Positions 44,901 to 55,899 of a DNA stretch of 64,000 nt are shown piece after piece. Numbering within the stretch: the first letter of the stretch is position 1; each line of letters opens with the position of its first letter. The notes under the pieces are model-generated. The model saw only the letters and a list, made by a program, of their open reading frames with translations, had not been told where the DNA came from and did no database searches. The DNA comes from Alloascoidea hylecoeti (lineage: Eukaryota). A program made the translations under genes and the position numbers. The DNA is taken from positions 620,001-684,000 of the forward strand of contig BCKZ01000007.1 in assembly GCA_001600815.1 (NCBI GenBank), read 5' to 3'.

Positions 44901-47588
44901 AACTTGGATCATCCACTTCAACTTCTGAGTCAGTAGAGTCTTCATCATCAATATCTGGTTCATTGAGTAAAAAGTTAGTTTCTTTTACAAATGCCTTCCA
45001 TTCCAAAGGAAATAATCTTTTTAAATATTCTAATAATGTCATGTCACCATTTGTACTATCCTCCTTGAGCAATTCTTTGATCGAAAACATAATAGTCTCT
45101 TTATAATGGGGAATCATCACAGTAAAGGTAGGCATACAATCTATGGCCAATGGTTCTTGAATTTTGCATGCTAAAGACTGGGAAAAAAAAGACAATCTCC
45201 GTTCTGCTTCCGAGTTGTGCGAATAAAAATCAGAACTCGAATGTCTGTCATCTTGAGAAATGAAAAAAGACGGTCCTCTAATCGCTATTGCATTCTCCAA
45301 TTGACTAGTTATATCATGGTACATGAGTTTTCCTGCTTGTTCAATTGTCAAAAAATGCTCTCGATATAAGGATATAATTATGGAATTCCAAATTTGAGAG
45401 ACATATCTTGTCTTGGTGATAGGGGTAACATCTGAACTAACTAGCAATTTATGGTATATTCTGTCGGGTAGCTGAGAAAAAACCTTTCTCCAAGGAGTGA
45501 ATAACGATATTCCATTTCTAAAGGACAAAGCAATGGACAAAATACAACTGCACATGACATACCATAAATAAGTGTCAAGAAAAAACAGAATCAAATCTGT
45601 GAAATACATTAAACCAAGGAGAATTAACGGTTGAATTTGGCATAAAATATTTCCAAGGTATTGCTCGCCATGACATCGTGTCATTTTCATAATTGATAAA
45701 TCTCTTATAGGATCACGTATAGATAGAGTCAGGAAAAAATAAGATTCGGTAAGTTTTGCTACAAAAACAATAATCCAAAATGCTATTGAAATGACACGAT
45801 TATGGAAGGAGATGCTCGGGAATGATGCAGTAAAGTTTTTTGAAGGAATGTATCTTCGTGTATTCTTATCTAAGTATGATCCCATAAGTGCACCCAGCGG
45901 AGTTATTGAGAGATAGAGACAGGTGCAAATAGCTATCGCAAATTGAATTCCAGCAATTATTGCCGCCGTTTTTGAGTATATATCAAGAGGAAATTTCATA
46001 AATATGAAAATTGAGGGAGCGATGTTTACCGTAAGTAAGCCCAATAGAAGGAATAATCTGCCTATTATTGATTGGGCACCTGGCCAGTTTCTGGGTACGA
46101 ACCACGATTCGCTTAAAAGAGCTATTAATTCAATTATGACGGCAATAGTACCACCAAGGGAAACGGACGACCACCGAGCATGCAGTGATGGTTCATTGTT
46201 CAAGAGCTGATGATATTCTTCTGTGTATAAAGTTGGAGAGTTAAATGCTGTGTAGAACCAAAATATAGTTATGTGTATTATCCAGATACGATTGAAGTTT
46301 GTGACTAAATGAAACCAGGTTCTAGTCTCTCTGTATGTTTTGAAGAAAACCTTTGACCAAACGGCACTTTTTAGATGATTATACCGTGACTCTAATGGTT
46401 TATCTATTAGATGTGAATTATCATCTAAAATGATTCTCTTAATTCCCTCAGGATACCAAAAAAGTTGGTTCACATCATCATATCCAATAACTTTATTATG
46501 ATCACTATTCCTTTGAATGTATTTTCCCTTCACAAGTTTATACCTTTGATTTCTTAAGAATTTGTATAGCGGTGTAATAACATCTTCAAGGTATGCACCA
46601 TTTTTAACAATATTTGTACTATTTTTACATTCAGTTGAGTTGTAATAATCATTGGCACACTTAAAAATAAAGCATAGACATTCAGGAACAAACCGAATCT
46701 GATTTGCCTCTCCCCATATTAGAAAATAGAGAGCCAATTGTTCAACTTTTTCATTATCTTTCATATTTTTCATTTTCATTAACCAATTGGATTCTGCCGT
46801 TTCAAGGGAATAGTCTAGAGAGTTGTTTTTCTTATCATCCTTTTTTAATATTCTTTTAATTTTTTGGAAAGATCTATTTAAGGGGATTTTGCCAAATCCT
46901 GTTTGGTCATCTATATCAATTCGAGCAGCTAAATACCATTTTTTATAGTTTGCGTTCTTTCCACCGATATAATCTGCATGAAGACTATCCAAAGCCTTAG
47001 GGGCAAACATACGAGATGCTCTAGAGTCCAATTGTGTCATTAAATGATCAAACATATTGTTCATACTCTCCTTCTGAAATCCAAATTTATACGTCAAATC
47101 AATAAATATGGATCTTATTTCCTCTGTACTTATAGGCATATGATTTTTTTCACACCATGCAGGATAAAGGTTATCAGGGATAACTTGTCGAAATGGGTTG
47201 AACTGCTGTTCCATATTAGATGAAAGATAAGAGGAGTTATTATTTATAGAATAGTCAAGATTAAAATCGACGAGATATGATGTGCCATTTTCTGTGAAAG
47301 CAGGTCCAATTGATGGCCCGGCGATGGATTGGTGGCGATCAGGCGGTAGTGAGTTTTGCTCATTTCCCCCTCGTTTATTTTCTGATATTGATGAGGGTGA
47401 ATCTTTTAATTTTGTAGAATTTACATCATCATACTGTTGATAGTTAAGGTAGTAGTTATAAAGATCATTGATATTCTCATGATCATTTGTTGGCAATAGT
47501 TGAAGAATGTCTAATAAATATTAACTTGGCTATTCTATCTTTCCAATTTCTTTTTTAATCATAACTTACCTCCACTTTGTTCATTCAT
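41962..47588 (-). CDS. FKS3: 1,3-beta-glucan synthase (GT48), probably FKS3-type; exon 1 47588-47570, intron 47569-47511, exon 2 47510-41962
   Basis: LIWGEANQIRF, GDGKSDNQN, IDANQDNYLEE, HYGHPDF, GLHLNEDIYAG, KIGAGMGEQ. An ATG exon spliced via GTAAGT..TAG joins the TTG-started ORF in frame. The FKS3 subtype is inferred from divergence and gene neighbourhood. Confidence 0.8.
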
Positions 47589-47915
47589 GCTTGAATCCGA
47601 GTTTGTCCCCAGAACCTGAACCTCTCCACTTTTACTAAACTTCTATTATGGTGACTTCTGTAAAATGTTGTTGAAGGATTTTAAGAGAAATGAGGTGAAG
47701 AAGGTTGGGAAATGTTCATTCACAGATTTTAAGCGCTGAGATTGAGAGTTAGGAGGAGGACTGAACTATACTCACGCTGACGTATTTTTCAGCACTAACA
47801 CTTTTCTGGGGCCTTACATAATAAAATGGACTTAACAGCTTTTATACCTTTATCATTATTTAGTATTAGTACCAGTTGTTTGAAAATTGAAATTAGTCCG
47901 CTGCTCATCACAAAT

Positions 47916-49971
47916 ATGTCTTCAACATCCCCCTCCTCTACGTATAACCCTTCCACTTTCAGATCTTGCCATCATATCACATCGGCATTAAATTCAAATG
48001 CAAAGCAGACCATTCTGGAAAATTATGGATTAGCTGTTTTGGTTTCCCTAATAAACTCATCAGACTATAATAAGTACTACAACCGTAAGGCCCATCCTCA
48101 CTCACATGAAAACAGAAAAAAAACAGGGAAAGTTTTAGTTGAGCCGAGGAAATTATATAGCTTAAGAGCTGATGCTTTAAAATGTAAAGACTGTCATACT
48201 AATTGTGGGACATCATTTATGTGTCTGCAATGTCCAAACGTCGGTTGTTGGTCTCTGAATCATGCTTCAAAACATTCAAAAACTAGTAATCATCATTTTG
48301 GTAAGTTAAACAGAAATTCAACTTCTATACATTTAATATCGCAATTTATTCCCTTCTCTCTCCTTTTTTCTTTTTTTTTCTTTTTTATTGAATTATAGGT
48401 TGGTACTAATTCAACCTTAGGTATCGACACAAAACTAGGAGTAATATTTTGCTTCAAGTGCGGAACATATGTTGGGGAAGAGAGGATAGAAGCTATGCGG
48501 GAGAAAAAAATCAAACAACTTCATAGTCGTTGTAAGCTTGAAAATTGTATAACCCAAAAAGTCCAAGGGTTTATATTTGGCTAACTTATTCCTTATTTTT
48601 CAAGTCTCTTGTAATGGTCAATTACCCGTTTATCTTAATCCTAATATTTCTTCGAACGAAAAACAATTTATAAATGAAAACTCAACATTACCAAGTTACA
48701 AAGCCACGACTGGATTACGAGGATTCTATAATATGGGTTCCACTTGCTTCATGAGCTCTATTCTTCAATCTCTGCTCCACAATCCATTGATCCGAAATTT
48801 CTTCTTGTCCGGTAGACATACCGATTGTGACCGGAATAAAGATCATTGCATAGCATGTTGCATCGATGAGATATTTACAGAGGTTTGTATTGATTTTTTT
48901 GGCTTAACTTGTTTTTTGATGATTCCCTAACTTATATATGTTACCAAGTTTTACTCCTCATCCGTAACTTCAGGCTATGGTCCCACATCATTTCTAATTG
49001 CAGCATGGAATTCTAATAAATCATTTGCTGGATATTCTCAGCAAGATGCTCATGAATTCTGGCAGTTTCTGGTCAATGAACTTCACAAAATTACTGCTTA
49101 TGAAGCAATAGAAGAGGTTCGGAAAGAAAAAGGGGACGTGATATCAAATGGACAAGTTATCCAATCCTATCCTGATTCAAAAAATTTAGATCAATATTCA
49201 ATTGATGGTAACTGCCCATGCTTTATTCATGAAACATTTGGCGGATTACTACAAAGCAATGTTAAATGCCAACATTGTCATAATATAACAACTACGATTG
49301 ATCCTATGTTAGACTTAAGTTTGGAAATACGAAAAGATATTCCAAAAGATGGTGCGCTACAAAAATTGACTGATTGCTTGGATAGATTTACTGGAGTAGA
49401 GAAATTGGATATGATGATATATTGTTCGAAGTGTGATGCTCAAAGAAATGTCACCAAAAAGCTGACTATTAAAAAACTACCTGTTGTACTCTCAATTCAA
49501 TTAAAGGTAAGATTCATTTTGTCTCTTTGTATTACATTCTCCACTTTATCTTGTTGATCACTAACGGTTCATTTAGCGCTTTGAACATTTTGCATCATCC
49601 GCTAAAATTCAAACACATGTTCAATTCCCATTAATTATTAACATGAAAGATTATGTCACACAAGAAAACACACCTGAAGCTACGTTTGGTGAAAAGGCTA
49701 ATGAGGATGGACTTATTTATGAACTATTTGCTGTCATCTGTCATATTGGTTCTGTCAATACTGGACATTATATCTGTATGGTGAAATCAAGAGAAGGAAG
49801 AGTAAGTTCTGTTAACTGATTATTATTTAAACAAATTTAATCTAACTTTTAATAATATCTCATATCTAGTGGTTCAGATTTGATGATGCTGTTGTGAGTC
49901 TTGTTACTCCAACTCAAGTTTTAGATACCAACGCCTATTTATTATACTACATTATGCAAGACATTCCTTAA
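47916..49971 (+). CDS. UBP8: SAGA deubiquitinase Ubp8; exons 47916(or 47826)-48300, 48421-48531, 48605-48882, 48949-49506, 49577-49801, 49870-49971
   Basis: ZnF-UBP cysteines, GFYNMGSTCFMSSILQ Cys box, QQDAHEF, GHY His box, WFRFDD. Five GT..AG introns give one continuous frame. Confidence 0.9.
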
Positions 49972-50139
49972 TATACTCATCCTTTAATATTAATCATTCT
50001 ACTACGACTATTTTGCTTCATTATAATGTATATAAAAATTCTTCTTAATAATATATTAGACTGTCTTAAATTTTGATGCTGTAATGCTATTAATTGTAGT
50101 TGATGATTTCAATTAAATTCAATGATCTTTTAAGTGAAC

Positions 50140-50928
50140 TCAATTGAAATCACTATCACTATCACTATCATAAGTTCGTTTCGATTGTTTCAAAGATTTA
50201 GATTTAAATCGTAATTTTCTTTCATCATCATCGAAATCACCCTCATCTGTTTCATTCTCAGAATCACTACCATGCTTTCGATTTTTGACTAGCCGTCTAT
50301 CATTAGGTGCAACTGCGTTTATAGACACCAGGACATCCTCCAGATCAGATAATCGTGTTGACATACCACCAAGTAAAGTCAGTGTAATGAATTGTTTAAC
50401 AACATTTGTATTGTGGTATATTAGAATAGTAGGACAATTTTGGTCGGGATAGTTTTCAATAGCTCTTGACCCTTGAATTTCAACAAATTTGATCTCTTTA
50501 TACTTTTGAGCAAGGTCATGAAGCAACGACGATAACAAACGACATTGTGTATTAGCAGACACTGTTAAATGAACAAATACAAAGCATTCATTAGAACATT
50601 CGGTTATTTCTTTTTGATATTCTGGTTTTGAAACAGGATATACTGATCCATACTTTGCCTTAGCTGCCAAATCATTCAATTCTTTCATTCTTTTTTGTTT
50701 ATAGAAGTTCAAAAAGTCTTCATCTTCTTCATCCTCTAAAGCATCAAGTTCGTCCAAATCTTTATTCTCGAGTCGATTTTCATGTTGTTTTGCAATAGCA
50801 TCTTGTAAGGCTTCTTCGATCTGTTCCGATGGTGATGGTTCTCTCTCGGGAATGATTCCTTGGGCCCGTAAAATATCATTCCATTCTGTATCCTCAGTAG
50901 GATCAACTTCCATATTAAATCCATTCAT
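50140..50928 (-). CDS. PLP2: Phosducin-like protein (CCT co-chaperone)
   Basis: EDTEWNDILRAQGIIP, IENYPDQNCPTILIY; thioredoxin-like fold. Confidence 0.92.
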   Translation of the reverse strand: MNGFNMEVDPTEDTEWNDILRAQGIIPEREPSPSEQIEEALQDAIAKQHENRLENKDLDELDALEDEEDEDFLNFYKQKRMKELNDLAAKAKYGSVYPVSKPEYQKEITECSNECFVFVHLTVSANTQCRLLSSLLHDLAQKYKEIKFVEIQGSRAIENYPDQNCPTILIYHNTNVVKQFITLTLLGGMSTRLSDLEDVLVSINAVAPNDRRLVKNRKHGSDSENETDEGDFDDDERKLRFKSKSLKQSKRTYDSDSDSDFN

Positions 50929-51092
50929 TTTTAACGTATTTTATCTGTAACTATTTTCGTAATGTGGCGTTTGCACAATTTACATCGAATATCACGTGAT
51001 ACGTTACATGGTCGGTAAACAAGTACAATTTATTTATTTTATATAATTTATTTATAAGGCTTATATTGTCATAGTTTAATATCAGTATGGAT

Positions 51093-52961
51093 CTATTTCT
51101 TGAAATATTCAGGGAATAAATCTCTTGCCAAAGACTTTTTATTAACTTTACCCATTTGGTTTCTAGGGATGGATTCGACAATCAGCACATTTTTTGGAAT
51201 TTTATAACCCGATAGAATACCATTCAATTTAGTCTTCAGCCAGTTTCTGTCAATTCCATCTGAAGAAACTCCTTGACGTACTTTTAAAACTGCAGTTACT
51301 ACCTGTCCCCATTCTTCATCTGGTAAGCCAATAACGGCAGCCTCATCAATCTCATATAGTGATAAAATCTCTTTTTCAATCTCTAAAGCTGATATTTTTT
51401 CACCTCCAGATTTGATGATATCCATTGATGAACGTCCAAGAATTGTAATTGTCTCAAGATCATCTGCATTAATTGAGACAATATCACCGGTCTTGAACCA
51501 CCTTGTTCCCTCTGTATCAAAAACTAAAGATTCGGCATTGGCTTCATCCCGATACCAATAATGATCAAATACGGTATCACCTCCAATTTCCAATTCTCCG
51601 ACAATTTTCTCTGGTTTTGAAGAACTAATTTGGTCGATTTTATTGGATCTATATATTTCTTTATCCCCATTATCGTTATCAATCACACGAGCAATAACAC
51701 CCGGTACGGGTTTTCCAACAGTACCAGCAATTCTCTTTTTAGGGTCTAATGGTTGAGACAATGTAATACCAGTTTCTGTCATTCCATATCTTTCTAATAG
51801 TGGAACATTTCCACCGGATAATTTATCCCAAGCTTCACGTAAAGGTAATGGTAGAGCTGCAGATCCACACATCACTAATTTCAAATTTGAAACAATACCA
51901 TTAGTTATTCCTTCTTGTTCAGAAGGGGGCTTTTTGTTGTAGAGGTTTATTAATCTATTATAGATGGTAGGAACAGCAGTATATGTATTTATAGGTCCCA
52001 TTGATGGAATAAGACCTTTTGTATTGCTAAGAGCATTTAAAACGTTGTCGGGATTAAATGGAAATTGAAATTGTAAAGATCCTCCTCGTAATAAAGGAAC
52101 AGTGAGAGCATTTAAAATACCATGAACATGATGTAAAGGTAGATTGTGCAAAAAATTGGTGGTTGGGTTGATATTCCATGCTTCCGCTAAGCCATAAGCT
52201 TGTGCTATAAATGTTGAAATTGGTGTCAAAACTCCTTTTGGCTTACCACTAGTTCCAGATGTGTATAACATCATACCACTATTTATTGGGATGTCCTGTT
52301 TGACAAATTTAATGGACTCGGTCTCGGAATCTGGAGGGGCAGTTTGATCCTCTGGCTGAATATCCTCAAAAACCAAGAATTCGATATTCTGATCCGGAAT
52401 TGTAGTAATAATCTTCTGTAATCTTTCTTTAAATCTCGAAGGAGTGATAATAAAACTCGCTTGGGAGTTTTGAATAACAAATGAAATCTCGCCATCGGTA
52501 TGGTTCGTACATAAAGGAACAGCTACCGTTTGTGGTAAAGTCAAACAGGTATAGAAGGTAGTAACAAATTGGTATGAGTTCTCCCCCATTATTGCCACTC
52601 TGATACCATCTTCCAATGGTAGACCTTGACCTTTTGAAGCTGTTAACCTAGAAGAAATAGTTTGCCATGCCGGATACTTGATCAATTGTTCTCTCCAGTA
52701 TGAAATGTCTGTTAACAATTGGCCATAGGAGTAACTATTAAGCGAAGGAAGATGGCCAATTGCAGGTTTGGAAGAAGGATACTTCTGTAGTTTAGAAAGA
52801 ATTGGATGGCCATTCGGTAACGAAGCGGTATGTGTCATTTTCAAGGAGATTAAAGAAGAGGTAAGGCTATGACGGGAAATGAGGGAATTCGAAGAGAGCC
52901 AAGTCGATGGATAACAGTTGTGAAGTTTAGGAAAATTTAAAGGTTTTGCAAGACGCAACAT
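51093..52961 (-). CDS. AMP-forming acyl-CoA synthetase, ACSF3/malonyl-CoA synthetase-like, with mitochondrial-type presequence
   Basis: YTSGTSGKPKG, LPLHHVHG, ERYGMTE, WFKTGD, PRNQMGKVNKK. Confidence 0.85.
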   Translation of the reverse strand: MLRLAKPLNFPKLHNCYPSTWLSSNSLISRHSLTSSLISLKMTHTASLPNGHPILSKLQKYPSSKPAIGHLPSLNSYSYGQLLTDISYWREQLIKYPAWQTISSRLTASKGQGLPLEDGIRVAIMGENSYQFVTTFYTCLTLPQTVAVPLCTNHTDGEISFVIQNSQASFIITPSRFKERLQKIITTIPDQNIEFLVFEDIQPEDQTAPPDSETESIKFVKQDIPINSGMMLYTSGTSGKPKGVLTPISTFIAQAYGLAEAWNINPTTNFLHNLPLHHVHGILNALTVPLLRGGSLQFQFPFNPDNVLNALSNTKGLIPSMGPINTYTAVPTIYNRLINLYNKKPPSEQEGITNGIVSNLKLVMCGSAALPLPLREAWDKLSGGNVPLLERYGMTETGITLSQPLDPKKRIAGTVGKPVPGVIARVIDNDNGDKEIYRSNKIDQISSSKPEKIVGELEIGGDTVFDHYWYRDEANAESLVFDTEGTRWFKTGDIVSINADDLETITILGRSSMDIIKSGGEKISALEIEKEILSLYEIDEAAVIGLPDEEWGQVVTAVLKVRQGVSSDGIDRNWLKTKLNGILSGYKIPKNVLIVESIPRNQMGKVNKKSLARDLFPEYFKK

Positions 52962-54200
52962 AGTACTGCTAATAGAAGATTGTTTGAATTTATAGCAGAT
53001 TAGAAGTTCGGTAAAAGGATGTTACAACTTTGATCTTTTAAATCCATGCATATAATTTCCATGACATCTCCGGTATTCTAAGATTCTCAATGTGGACGAG
53101 GACTCCGTTGAGGACTCAACGAGGAGGCCTATAACTTTTCATATAACAAACTTCGCTAGAGTCTATACCCAATAATGATAGTATTTATTTTCGAATGACA
53201 ATATATGTAAGTGAGAGGTAACTTTGGGTGTGAAGGGATTCAAAGATTCTGGCAATTATGCACTAAACCCATTCCGGAAGTTTGGCGCGTTTTCACCCAT
53301 AGAAAATATTACTGTTAAAAGATGGATTTCTCTAAAATACCCTTGATAGCAGTATATGAAATTGGATATGTGATAAAAGAAATATTGAGACGGAGGGATC
53401 ATATTTATTTAAAATGGGCTTGTTATGACTTGAAGTTTGAGTTAAAAACAAAGATGAGGATGACTCCTACACACCCATACATTTATCTTAACAAGTGGAT
53501 ATAACGTCAGGCAATAACTTTTCTTTACAATTTAATTTCTGTTAGTATATATCTAAAATGTTATAATAATTGAAAGTTAGGTTGTGAAGAAAAAAGGATA
53601 TGTAGGGGTAGTTATATCGGTAGTGACCTCAGTTTATACCATTCAATAAGTTATCAGACTTTAAAATTCTAATCTGAAAAAGCAGAGACATGCATATAGT
53701 AATAGCCACACCAAACAATTCTGTTCATGTTGAGATATTTCTTCTTTCAAAGTCAGAAATATGATTTTATATAATAGCTATAGATCTTTCTACCATACGT
53801 CTGTAAAATGCGATTGACCCTTTAACTAGAAAAGAAACTTGAAGTTAACGGTTCGTGAAATGTCTACTATATCAAATGAACTCTTTTTGAGTCGGGTTTA
53901 AAACATATGATATTCTATCTTAACATCACAGAACCACGAGAAACCATTCCTAAATTTAATAATTTACCTTCTATCTACTCTTTGTACTACATTTTGTATT
54001 GTAAATTGGATCATGAAGGTCATTAGAATATAACCCATGACATAAAATATATTAATTATGTATGTTATAAACTTAAATGGTAGTAAGGTTTCTGGTATAA
54101 GGTCTTATAATTGAGCTTATAATTCGTATATTAATTTGTTTCGGCACGTCCCAACCGGGAAATATAATGCTATGCATATGTAAGTGTATACGCATAACAT

Positions 54201-54427
54201 CATCCGCAACTATTTTCTTAGGTATGTTTGTAGCTCAATGGAGTAACCCATAAACACTTAACATTTTTTGTATTCAAAGGTGGCTATATTTTTCAAAATA
54301 AATATTGTGTGCTATCTTCATACGTCATCCACAACTAGAATATAATAATATTTACTAACTACGAATTTGGTATATGCCATATTCATGGCTCAAAGGAGTA
54401 GCCCATGTTTTGAATTCAAAGGCTATC
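54201..54427. repeat. Degenerate tandem duplication (~54201-54287 / ~54326-54427)
   Basis: Shared blocks in the same order: CATCC(G/A)CAACTA, GCTCAA(T/A)GGAGTA(A/G)CCCAT, ATTCAAAGG...CTAT. Confidence 0.55.
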
Positions 54428-54729
54428 TTGTAGATCTGGTAATAAGAATGGCAAACAGTTATTGTTTACTACTTTCAATTTTAATTGCCACCTTATACTT
54501 AATTTACTAAACGATATATTTTGAAAACACAAATTTTAAAATCTTCTAGAAATACAAGAACAAGTGTAAGATTAACCCTTAAAAATTGTATAGAATAAAA
54601 ATCAGCTATATACTGTATAAATATATAAATATATATATATATAGAAGAAAAAATATATATATCTGCTCAGAACTAAAATAACTTGTTGTAAGGTGATAAG
54701 GATATCGATCGCCATTAAAAATGGTCAAA

Positions 54730-55899
54730 TTATGGGTTTAAACCCCAAAATTGTTCAGCTTGGAAAGCACCTGGAGCTTTCCAGCCATCATTGTAGGCAT
54801 TAAAGAAAATGGCATCATTTCCAAGGACAGTCTTGATACTACCCATTGCAATATCTTGATTAATCTTACTTGGAACACATAGGTTATTTGAATCACCTTG
54901 TGTAGGCCAGCCTGTTTCTGTAACCAAAACATTCTTCTTTCCACCACAAGCGTTCCAAACACGTTGAACTTGGCCCAAAACCCAAGGACCAGCAGCGACT
55001 GGAAGAACATAACCGTCAAAGAAAGCATGAGCATTAATACCCATATAATCAGAAATATCACAGAGGCCTGGATTGTTGATTACAGCAATAAATGTATCAA
55101 TAGAGATGACAGGGCCATTATAACCAGCTTGTCTCAATAATGATCTAGCGGATCCAACATATTCAGCAATTTGACTGACAGTAGCTTGTCCATTGTTGAC
55201 AAGTTCATTACCAACGGAGACAGTGTGGAAATCATCCCAACTGGATCCTGTAGAGGAAACAGCATCCTGGATTGTTTTGACAGCTCCAGGAATATTGGAA
55301 ACATCGAAAATTCCAACCAAAATCTTTTGATGTTTGCCTTTACCGGCTAAAACATTGGCGACTTGATTACAGTCGACACCATAAATACGAATAACACCAT
55401 AGTTAGAAATTTTAGATAAATCAGAAGCAACATCAGAAGCAGATTTGCATTGACCAGATGAGGTATATGGAGAATAAGTAACACCCAAAACTCCAGCATC
55501 AGAGTCAACCGTTGGTAAACCAGTAGATGAAGAACCTGCCGCAACTTGAGATGAAGTAGATGGTGTTGAAACCTCTGTGGTGGCTGATGTTGAAGCCTCT
55601 GGGACGTAAGTGTTGGTTGTAGCACTAACAGATGGAGGAGTCCAAACTGGAGCAAAGTTTGAGATGGTAACTTCTGGGACAGGCTCACCAGAAGAAGCAT
55701 AAGTTACGACACGCTCTGGTTGAGAAGCAGGTATATCACTTGGAAGAGCTTGAACAGTAACATGTTCGTAGACCGTTTCGTACTGATAAACAGTTGCAAC
55801 GTCACGCTTATGTTGATTATGAGCGTGTTCAAGAGGCAAGGGAGTAGCACAAGAAATAGAGGTTAAAGCCAAAGGAATCAAGGTTGTTGATAAACGCAT
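54730..55899 (-). CDS. SCW4: Secreted GH17 cell-wall glucosidase (Scw4/Scw10/Mp65-like)
   Basis: Signal peptide, Kex2 KR site, Ser/Thr-rich region, TYSPY, SVGNELVN, TETGWPTQG. Cannot separate SCW4 from SCW10. Confidence 0.85.
   Translation of the reverse strand: MRLSTTLIPLALTSISCATPLPLEHAHNQHKRDVATVYQYETVYEHVTVQALPSDIPASQPERVVTYASSGEPVPEVTISNFAPVWTPPSVSATTNTYVPEASTSATTEVSTPSTSSQVAAGSSSTGLPTVDSDAGVLGVTYSPYTSSGQCKSASDVASDLSKISNYGVIRIYGVDCNQVANVLAGKGKHQKILVGIFDVSNIPGAVKTIQDAVSSTGSSWDDFHTVSVGNELVNNGQATVSQIAEYVGSARSLLRQAGYNGPVISIDTFIAVINNPGLCDISDYMGINAHAFFDGYVLPVAAGPWVLGQVQRVWNACGGKKNVLVTETGWPTQGDSNNLCVPSKINQDIAMGSIKTVLGNDAIFFNAYNDGWKAPGAFQAEQFWGLNP

Noticed and set aside
53094..53127. Small GAGGACTC repeat / hairpin upstream of the acyl-CoA synthetase
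   Set aside because: 7-bp arms with a 2-nt loop; too short to interpret.
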